Source: a virus. Taken from it: a DNA stretch of 64,000 nucleotides. The stretch is taken from the IMG/VR virus record IMGVR_UViG_3300035529_000070, positions 58,114-122,113 of that record, one strand, 5' to 3'. The position numbers and the translations under genes are program-made. Positions 31,261 to 41,200 of this stretch are shown here, in pieces (position 1 is the stretch's first letter; every line of letters begins with the position of its first letter). The notes beneath the pieces were generated by a model. That model did not search any database. It was not told where the DNA came from and worked only from the letters and a program-made list of their open reading frames with translations.

Positions 31261-31389
31261 ATGAAAAAAATGATATTAAAAATTTCTGACAAAGTTACCA
31301 ACGACACTTTAAAAAATATTTTGAAAGATAAAAGTGAAAAAATAATAAATAAATGTAAGCCAATGTACGTAAAATTAGAAAAGGAATGA
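31261..31389 (+). CDS. 42-aa small protein (not in the ORF track)
   Basis: RBS GGAGG; MKKMILKISDKVTNDTLKNILKDKSEKIINKCKPMYVKLEKE-stop. Confidence 0.55.
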   Translation: MKKMILKISDKVTNDTLKNILKDKSEKIINKCKPMYVKLEKE

Positions 31390-31395
31390 TAATAT

Positions 31396-32553
31396 ATGAC
31401 AGAATTTATTGATGCTTTTGTTCAAAAAGTCAATCCCACTAAAGGCATTGTCACAGTTATAGACCAAAAATATCACAAACAACATATTGTCCCTTATACT
31501 AAGTTTTTCTATGCTAAATTTAAAGGGATGGAAATTGTACCTAAAAAAGATACTATAGGACTTATAGTCATAACTCCTGAGAAGAAAATATTTTTCCCTA
31601 TACAAGCAACAATAGTTAATGAAATAGAAAAAAATGCTAGCAAATTCCCGTTAGGTGAAGGAGATGTAGCTTTTATCAACGATACATCTTTAATAAAAAT
31701 ATCTGAAAATGAACTTTTAATAAAATATCAAAAAGGAATACAAATTCATTATGACCATGAAAATGGATTATTCTTAATAAAAACAAAATCATTGTCTATA
31801 TATGACCATGCTTTATATTATTCAACAAATTATAATGACCAACTGGATAAATCCTCTCCATCTATTTCTTTCTCAGATAAACCTGAAAATGAAGATAATT
31901 TCTTTCAGGTAAAATTATTTGATATGGATCAATTATTGAAAGTTTTTTTATCCCATAAAGATGAAAATATTTTTAACTTTTCTATAACAGACAAAAAGTA
32001 TATGCTGTTATCAATTTTCAATTTAAATATATCTATAAACGAAGACTCTCTATCTTTAAATTTTAACGATTCCAAAATATCTATATCCAATGGATTATCT
32101 CTTAAAACACCAGATTTTAAAATAGAAACAGATAATGCGGAAGTTGTTTCTGGGAACGTTAAACTAACTCTCAATCAAAATAATGGTAAAATCCAATCAG
32201 GTGAGAATAGTATTACTATAAGTGAAAACGGTATTGACATAGATGGAAACAACATAAATATTAATGCCGATAACTTAAATCTTACCGGTTCAAACTTTAA
32301 TGTAGAATCTCAAAATGCAAACTTTGACATACCAACTTCTAATTTTCAAGGCGATGTAAGCTTTAGAAAAGGTCAAGAAAACTCATTTGACGTAACTAAT
32401 CAACAAGAATTAGATGCAGCTATAAAAGAATTAGAAGTTAAATTTAATACAAAAATAACAAAAGTAAAGACAGACATAAGTGGATTTAAAGGCAGATATG
32501 CAGTACATACTCATACAAACATTGCTGGGCCAACAACTCCACCGTCGTCATAA
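31396..32553 (+). CDS. Baseplate central spike, gpV-like
   Basis: OB-fold-like N-terminus, repetitive beta-strands (ISENGIDIDGNNININADNLNL), C-terminal HTH apex motif YAVHTHT. Confidence 0.75.
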   Translation: MTEFIDAFVQKVNPTKGIVTVIDQKYHKQHIVPYTKFFYAKFKGMEIVPKKDTIGLIVITPEKKIFFPIQATIVNEIEKNASKFPLGEGDVAFINDTSLIKISENELLIKYQKGIQIHYDHENGLFLIKTKSLSIYDHALYYSTNYNDQLDKSSPSISFSDKPENEDNFFQVKLFDMDQLLKVFLSHKDENIFNFSITDKKYMLLSIFNLNISINEDSLSLNFNDSKISISNGLSLKTPDFKIETDNAEVVSGNVKLTLNQNNGKIQSGENSITISENGIDIDGNNININADNLNLTGSNFNVESQNANFDIPTSNFQGDVSFRKGQENSFDVTNQQELDAAIKELEVKFNTKITKVKTDISGFKGRYAVHTHTNIAGPTTPPSS

Positions 32554-32581
32554 TTGATAAGAAAAGGGAGGATAATTACTA

Positions 32582-34417
32582 ATGAATAATTTAACATTCA
32601 AGTTACCACATATGAAAGAACAATGGGCAGCTAGCCTTTTACAAGGCTTATACACACAGCATCCATATTTAATAGTAGATTCGTCAAAAGTAATCATAAA
32701 CGATTATGCTTTAAATGATGCTGAATTAGCTATTGTATATTTAACCATGCAAGGTCAAAGGTTTGGTGCCCCTACTATCATAAAGGATGGAGAAGCATAT
32801 CCGTTTGATATTTTATTATTGCCAAATGGAGAAGTAGAACTTTTAAATAGAGATAATTATGAAAAAATACTCTCTGAAATATATCAAGTTGCAACTCCTG
32901 CGCCAAGAACAAGATCTACAGGTGATTTGTTCAAAGTAAAAACTTCTGGAAGATTACCAATTGATCAAATGATGGTATTAGATAGTCTTACCAAGCTATC
33001 ATCTTACAACAAGTTCTTGTTTAGAGAATATGATCCAGCAGAATTTTTAAAAACTGCTCAAGAAGTATTTAGTGCAGTTCCACCTGAAATAAAAGATTAT
33101 GCTAAAGAATTAAATTTAAGACAATCAAAATTATTTGATACTAATCCTAACGATATAACTGAATTTGAAATTTTTGATAAAACAGCAGGATATAAATTTA
33201 TTTTTTATAACAATGGAGATAAAGTCAAAGAATTTTTAGGTGGAAAATCTGAATTAGAAAAAGTTGCCAATTCATTTGATATTTCAGATGAAGAAATAAA
33301 ATTAATGCAAGACACAAAATATGCCAAATTCAAAAAGCACGCTTCTGAATTATATATAGATTATGAAACGGAAGAAAAACCAGAAATTAGTATAAGAAAA
33401 ATGAATGGTGAAATAGAAAAAACTGCAAATGCAAATTTCTTAATAAAACCAGCAGAACCTAAAGCTGGATTAAGAATGACATTTGCAGAAAAAGATCCTA
33501 ATGGTGATACGATCTATTCTGAACCTATTTATTTAACTAAAGTAGCAGATGACGAAATAGAAGGGTATTCTTCTGTTGGTTTCATAAAATTAAAAGAAAC
33601 GGATAAACATATGATAAAAAAGGCTTCAATTCCCGAAAGAAAATTATATTTATTAACCGCTAATGCATTACCTTTTGAAGTTGTAGATAAGAAAAACGTA
33701 AACTTCGATGAAAAATATCAAAAACTTATAAAAAAAGCTTCTTTTGATAAAATAAAAATTTTCAAAGGCAAATCAAATTATACAATTAATGATTCTAAGG
33801 TAGTAAAAGATATCACAGATGTCAACGAATATTTAATGAAAACAGCTGGATTTGCTGCTATGGATACTTTATACATAGACAATCATTTAGAAAATATAAG
33901 CCCTTTGCATAGTATTTCTATTGATTACAAGCATAAAACAGATGAGCCATTAGAAAAGCTAGCTAACGATAAATTTGAAATCACTAAAAATGAAAAGAAA
34001 TCATTTATAAAGTTTGCAGCTTATTTATTGAAAGTTGCTGCAGACACACCTGAACCTTATTCGCCACAACATGTAGGATTTGTTGATGATAATAAAGATC
34101 CTGAACAAAGTAATTTCGACCAATCAAAACAAGAAATAACAAGCAGGGATTTATTAGACCAAGCCTTACAGCAAAATCCAGATGATGCAATTGCCAACAA
34201 TGTGTTAGAAATGTCAGGTGCTAAAAATATGAGTGTGGAAGAATTAGCTAGTCAATTTCAACTATTAGAATACACAAAAAATGCTTTGATAAAGTTAATG
34301 TTCCAAGCAGAAGTTGGAATATTACCTATTGAGTATAAAATAGTTAGAAGTGCTTTATTGGCTTTAGAGAGTGTTATACTTAGACTAGAAAATACATTAA
34401 ACCAAATGAATATATAA
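32582..34417 (+). CDS. Protein with repeated Phi-x-K-x-A motifs; putative protease-processed internal head protein
   Basis: FLKTA, FDKTA, LEKVA, FKKHA, IEKTA, LTKVA, MIKKA, LIKKA, LMKTA, LEKLA, FIKFA, LLKVA, YTKNA. Confidence 0.55.
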   Translation: MNNLTFKLPHMKEQWAASLLQGLYTQHPYLIVDSSKVIINDYALNDAELAIVYLTMQGQRFGAPTIIKDGEAYPFDILLLPNGEVELLNRDNYEKILSEIYQVATPAPRTRSTGDLFKVKTSGRLPIDQMMVLDSLTKLSSYNKFLFREYDPAEFLKTAQEVFSAVPPEIKDYAKELNLRQSKLFDTNPNDITEFEIFDKTAGYKFIFYNNGDKVKEFLGGKSELEKVANSFDISDEEIKLMQDTKYAKFKKHASELYIDYETEEKPEISIRKMNGEIEKTANANFLIKPAEPKAGLRMTFAEKDPNGDTIYSEPIYLTKVADDEIEGYSSVGFIKLKETDKHMIKKASIPERKLYLLTANALPFEVVDKKNVNFDEKYQKLIKKASFDKIKIFKGKSNYTINDSKVVKDITDVNEYLMKTAGFAAMDTLYIDNHLENISPLHSISIDYKHKTDEPLEKLANDKFEITKNEKKSFIKFAAYLLKVAADTPEPYSPQHVGFVDDNKDPEQSNFDQSKQEITSRDLLDQALQQNPDDAIANNVLEMSGAKNMSVEELASQFQLLEYTKNALIKLMFQAEVGILPIEYKIVRSALLALESVILRLENTLNQMNI

Positions 34418-34445
34418 ATAAAACAGAACATAAAGGGGGAATTAG

Positions 34446-35213
34446 ATGTTGCCTTACAATCGTCTCCTAGTCGCTCTAAAAAGCCTTGGCTATAACTTTA
34501 GAGAAACGCAATCTATATTGAACAACTATAAATTCCCAACTTTAACAGAAGCCCAATTTGTCAAATTAAATGCAGAAGATGTAGATGATTGGGTAAAAGA
34601 ATTGATTACCGCTTGGGAAGACAAAGACTCATATAAAGTAGTTTTTTATAAATTATTAAACAATGCTAAGTTGAGATATAAAGTTATACCGTTATTAACA
34701 GCCAATTCCAATACCAAAGAATTAGCGAAAGCTATGTTAGAAAATGGATATAGAGAAATAACTGAAGAATCTTTAGAATATTTTAAAAAATGGTTTTGGG
34801 ATGTTGATGAAGTCAAGGAAAAAGACTGGGACTATATTTTTACAAATAATAGATTTCCAAGAATTATTTCAGATAAAATTCAAAATGCTTTATATGGTAG
34901 CGAAATGAACGCCTATTTTGAAAACGGGATTTTTCCACAAGCTAATCCCGATTCTTTTTTAAACGGCGTAATTTCTGTTGCTTATCAAAAAATGCGCGAT
35001 ATGATGTCCGACCCTATAAAACGTAATCGAATTAGTTATAGTGAAGCGACTAAACAAGCAATGAAAGCGATAGAAGTTTTAACCAATAGACAAAAAAATG
35101 GTGCAGAAGATGTTGATCCTAACGATATCATAGGTATATTAGAAGGTGAGATAAAATTTAAAAATATGAACAGTTTTGAAAACTTCAACAATCTTAAAGA
35201 AGGTGACGATTAA
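34446..35213 (+). CDS. Hypothetical helical protein translationally coupled to the RNAP gene
   Basis: TAATG stop/start overlap at 35211-35215. Confidence 0.65.
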   Translation: MLPYNRLLVALKSLGYNFRETQSILNNYKFPTLTEAQFVKLNAEDVDDWVKELITAWEDKDSYKVVFYKLLNNAKLRYKVIPLLTANSNTKELAKAMLENGYREITEESLEYFKKWFWDVDEVKEKDWDYIFTNNRFPRIISDKIQNALYGSEMNAYFENGIFPQANPDSFLNGVISVAYQKMRDMMSDPIKRNRISYSEATKQAMKAIEVLTNRQKNGAEDVDPNDIIGILEGEIKFKNMNSFENFNNLKEGDD

Positions 35214-38200
35214 TGTTTTTAAGCGATTTTGCAGATAAAACAAATACACAATTAAAAGATATAATTATAAGAAAAATCAAAGAAATGTATCCAATAGAAA
35301 ATGCAAATAGAAAAATAACTCTAGAACATATAACTGTTGACATACCAAAAGAAGCATATGATCCAGAAACTTTTTCTGATAAAAAAGCAACTAAATCTAA
35401 CATTTCTATGACTGCAAATATGAAGTTAAATCTTATAGATAAAGAGTCTAACAAAACGATAGACTCTAAAACTATAAAACTAAAAATTCCTGCTATGAAT
35501 TTAAAGGGAACTTTTTTGGTTGGAGGTAATGAATATTTATTACCTACTCAATTAAGACTTAAACCAGGTATTTATACCAGAGTTAGGGAAAATGGAGAAA
35601 TAGTTTCCGAATTTAAAATGGAAAAAGGTGAAAACTTTAAAGTTGTTCTTAATCCTAATAAAAATACCCTTAGAATAGATCAAGGTAGACAAATAAAATT
35701 AATTCCATTTTTGAAAGGTATGGGTGTAACAGAAGCCCAAATGAAACAAGCATGGGGGGCTAAAGAATTTGACACTCTTAACCAGTCAGATGGAAACGGT
35801 GATCCGGAAAAAGAAGTACAGAAAGTTTTAGAAAAAGATTTTTCTAGAATGTATCAATGGATGTGGAAAGACATTGATCCAGAAGCATCACCACAAGATA
35901 AAATTAAAGAATATATGAAAAAAACAGAATTAAACCCTAAAATAACCAACATTACTTTAGAAAAAGAACATAGTAAAGCTGATATTCAAGCTATAATGGA
36001 CGCAGCTAAAAGGGTTATACAAATATCCAAAGAAGAGAAGAAACCTTCAGGAATGAGCTCTACCGTGTTCAAGAAGGCTAATAAGCCTATACATTACATA
36101 GAAGAAAAATTAGGAGAAATGGATAGAGTATTAAACAGTAGCGTTAAAAAGAGAATGTCTCAATTTGACGATCTACATAAAATTATTTCTCCCGCATATA
36201 CACAGAAAATATTTGATGATTTCTTTTTAACATCTTCAGTGTCTCAAATAGCTGACCAACCTAACCCAATAGGATTATTAACTAATTTGGGTAAAACTAC
36301 TTTAACTGGTGAAGGTGCAATAGAACAAGATAGAGCTATTACAAAAGCAGACAGAAGTGTTGACCCTTATCATTTCGCTTTTTTAGATCCTGTACATACT
36401 CCAGAATCTGAAAAAATCGGGTCTAACCTTTATGCCACTTCTGGCACTTTAAGTTCAATTTATAACGATCCTGAACCTGAATTAAAAAATAGTTTTTATA
36501 ATTTCAATACTAATAAAGTAGAAAAATTATCACCTATAGATGTATATGATAAGGTGTTAGCTTTCCCTGGTGAAATAACTTCTAAACAAAGAACAGGTAA
36601 AATAGTCAAAGCTATTCACAAAGGAGAAATTAAAAATGTAAAAGATACTGAAGTAGATATTATGTTGACTAATGCTTCGAGTATGTTTGATGCTTCAACA
36701 AATATTCTTCCATTTTTACAATCTATAAATGGAAATAGGGCTATGATGGCTTCAAAACATTTAACTCATGCTATCCCAATTGAAGATCCAGAAGAGCCAT
36801 TTGTTCAAAGTATTATACCTGGAACTAAAAATACCTTCGAACAATCAGTTGGTCAAACAACTACAGCTAAGTCTACAGTAGATGGAGTTGTAACTTCAGT
36901 AAGCGAAAATAGAATAATGATCAAAGATAATAATGGTAAAGAACATAAGATTAGTTTATTGAGTTATTTAGAAACTGGAGATAGTACTTTTTTAAAACAA
37001 AAACCAATAGTAAAACCAGGAGATAAAGTTAAAAAAGGACAATTAATTGCCGAATCAAACGTCACTAAAAACGGGACATTGGCTTTAGGTAAAAATTTAA
37101 AAGTTGCTTATGTGCCTTATAAAGGGCATAACTATGAAGATGGTATCGTAATTTCACAATCAGCAGCTAAAAAATTGTCTTCAGAACATTTGCATAATTT
37201 TAAAGTTGAAATAACACCTGGCTTGATTTTAGATAAAAATAAATTCAAAGCTTATTTTCCTCAAGAATATACAACCCAACAATTGAATAATTTAGATGAA
37301 CAAGGGATAATTAAAAAAGGCGCAACAATAAATAATGGAGATCCCTTAGCTTTAGTTATGGCAGAACGTTCTCAATCATTACATGAAAAATTAATTGGTG
37401 ATTTACATAAACAACTTATGGCCCCAGTAAGAAATAAAGCTGTGGAATGGGATAAGAGCGTTAAAGGCGAAGTAGTTAAAGTGGTAAAACAACCATCTTT
37501 AATCCAAATTATGGTAAGGTCAGTAGAACCTGTTATTGCTGGAGATAAAATAGTCGGAAGACATGGTAATAAAGGAACAGTTGCGCAAATAATACCAGAT
37601 GCAGAAATGCCTAAAGATGAGTCTGGAGAAAATATGGAGATACTAATGAACCCTGCTGGTATCCCCTCTAGAATAAATCCTTCTCAAATTTTAGAAACAG
37701 CTGCAGCTAAAATAGCAAAGAAAACTGGGAAACCATATAACGTGGAAAACTTCAAACCTGGAACAAATTATTTAGAACAAATAAAAGCTGATTTAAAAAA
37801 ATACGGTATAAAAGATAAAGAGTTTTTAACCGATCCTAACATAGGTAAGTTGGAAGAACCTGTACTAACAGGATATCAGTATATAGTCAAACTTCCTCAA
37901 CAAGTTGAACATAAAACAAACATAAGAGAAGAATGGGGTTATGATGCAGATAAAAGACCTCTTAAAGGTGGAGGCGAAGGTGGAGGAGCTAGAGCTCTTG
38001 ACCCTTTAACTTCTTATGCTTTAATGGCTCATAATGCCAGAGCTAATTTAAGAGAAATGGCAACTTATAAGGCTGAACAAAATGATGATTTTTGGTTTGC
38101 AATAGAGAACGGGCAAATTCCTCCAGCGCCTAAACCTACATTTGCTTTTAACAAGTTCACTGGTTATCTAAAAGGCGCAGGTATCAACGTTACTAAATCT

Positions 38201-41200
38201 GGTAATAATTTGCAATTATCTCCTATGAAAGACAGTGATATAACTTCTATGTCAAACGGAGAAGTTAAAACACCTGATACCATTAAAGGCTATAATATGA
38301 CACCTGAAAAAGGTGGAATATTCGATGTGGATACTTTAGGCGGATTGCAAGGAGATAAATGGGGACATATTAAATTATCAGAACCTATTTTAAATCCTAC
38401 ATTTGAAAAACAAACTAGAAAACTTTTAAATTTAAAAACAACAGAATTTAATGCACTTACTAACGGCTCTAAAGGCATCGATAAAAACGGTAACATTGTA
38501 GATGCTGATAAAGCTGATTACTTTGGTGGAGAAGCTTTTAAACATATGTTAAGTAAAATTGATCCAGATAAAGAACTAAATTCTATTAGACAAAAATTAA
38601 GTAATGACGAAAAAATTAAACCTAATGAAGTGGATAATTTATTATATAAAGCCAAAATACTTAGAGGGTTTAAAGATACTAATACTAGCCCACAAGATTA
38701 TGTTGTAAATAATTTACCAGTAATACCTCCAAAGTATAGGCCCGTTTATCCTTCACAAGATGAAAAGTTTGTAGTTGTTTCTCCAATAAATCACCTATAT
38801 AAAGATACTATTTTATTAAATAACCAAATTAAAGAAGCTAAAGATAGTAAAATATTGACTCCAGAAGATCAAAATAAACTTTCTGGTGAATTGTACCAAC
38901 AAGCAAAGGCTTTAGTTGGTATGAGAGATCCTCTTCCATTCACACAATCTCAAAAAGAAGGAGCTTCAGGTGCATTAAAGTTTTTGGCTGGTAATGGCAG
39001 CCCTAAATCAGGTTATTTCCAATCTAAAGTATTAAGCAAAAGGCAGGAACTATCTTCCAATTTAGTAATACAAAATGGGCCTGAATTGGATTTAGATGAA
39101 GCAGCCATTCCGGAAGATGCCGCTTGGAGTTTATACAAACCATTTTTAGTAAAGAAAATTCAAGATCAAGGATATAACATAAAAGAAGCTAAGGATATGA
39201 TCAAACAAAGAGACCCTTTAGCAAGAAAAATGTTGGAAGAAGAAACAGAAAATAGGCCGGTTTTGTTAAACAGGAGTCCATCTTTGCATAAATTTTCTGT
39301 TATGGCTTTCAAACCTAAAATAACACAAGATCAAGTAATTAGGTTGAACCCTAGTGTAGTTGGAGGCTTTAACGCAGATTTTGATGGTGATTCAAGCATC
39401 AATTCTGTGTTTGTTGAATTTTTAAAAGTTGACAAATTTAAGAGATTAGGGTATGATTTAATCGGAGGTGGTAATATGCCATTCGATAAATTATCCTTAC
39501 GAACAAAAACTGGCTTAGTAAACTTAAAAGATTTTCCAAGAATAAAAGAAAGCAAAAGAGTTGAAGGAAATAAAGAAATTTATGATGTTCCTAAAGATAT
39601 AAAAATATTGGCTTCTAAAGATGGTAAAACAGGATATTATCCTATTGAAAGTTTTAGTATCCATAAAAATTTAGAAATAATAGAAGTAAAAACCAATACT
39701 TCAAGGACCATCCAATGTTCTAAAGACCATTCATTAATAACCGTAGATAAAGATCTGAATTACATCAAACACAAACCAGAAAAAAATATAACTATCCCTA
39801 GAATTAGAAAACCAGTTGAAGGGCACGCAATAGAAAGTATAGTTTTACATGATAAACAGGAAAGTCAATATGATTTCAATTTCAAAATACCTTTAGATGA
39901 AAAATGGGGATATGTCAACGGAGTTTATGTTGGCGATGGATGGATAGACAAAATTAAAAATAAAAAAAGTTATGGTATTCATCTAGCCAACGTATCTAAC
40001 GAACTTTTTGAAGATGTTCAAGACACAATCAATAGTTATATCAATGATGGAAATAAAATAAACTTCTATATCAAAGACAACCCACATGATTTTAACGGAT
40101 TTGAAAGCTTTTCAAGAAAAATGACATGGTTTTCAAAAACCTTTCATCATTATTTCGGTTTATTAGGACACAAAGCCCAAAATAAGCACCTGCCAAAATA
40201 TTGGTTGCATGCTCCTGAAGATTTTAGATGGGGATTGCTAGGTGGTCTTATAGATACAGACGGAACTATAAACTATAACAAAACTAATAAAGGGACAAAA
40301 AGAATGACTGTAGGTTATTATACTACATCCAGAACTTTAGCTTTCGAAGTAGTAGCTTTAGCTTCAAGCTTAAACTTAACTGCTTCTGCAACACCTACAT
40401 TCACACCTAAAAAGGAAGAATCATGGACTATAACTTTCACTCAAGAATCAATTGTGAATATGAAAAACAAAATAAAGTTAAGAGTTCCAGAAAAACAAAA
40501 ACTAATAAAAGAATTTGAACCAAATAAAGATTATGATAGAAATAAATATACTCCTAAACTTTCTAAAAAAAGATTAGATGAGTTAAGAAAAGCCATAGGT
40601 TCTCCTAGATTGAGAAACAAGAAGGGAGAATTGATGACGGATGATTTAGAGAAACAGGCAGAGATAAAACACAAAAGAAGTTTAAACGCTATTTGTGCAA
40701 GAATCTTGAAAAACAACACAGCTTTAACCAAAAAAACAGCCTTAGAAATATTTGACTTAGGTTTAGAATTATTTGAAAAAGATGATTTTTGGAAAAAGTG
40801 GAAAGAAATGGTTTTAGATGAAAATATAGAGTGGGAATTAATAACAGAAACTAAAGCTTTACCTGAAATAACTGAAGCTTATGATTTAACAGCTGGCCCT
40901 ATGTATACAATGGTTACCGAAAATGGTTTTATTATTCAAGATACAATGGCTTTACATATTCCTGTCACTGAAGAAGCCAGACAAGAATCTTTAAGGATGA
41001 CTCCTTCTAAAAATTTATTCAAGCCAGCTAGTGGTAGTTTAATGAATAACTTTAGTTTAGAGTATAATGGCGCTATATATAATTTAACAAAAGCTCCTCA
41101 AAATGAAGAAGTCAAGAATACTCAAGCTAATGACTTTAGACAATTATTCCAAGAACTCCAAAGTAATAAGCTAAGGTATAATGATATCATTAATTTTCAC

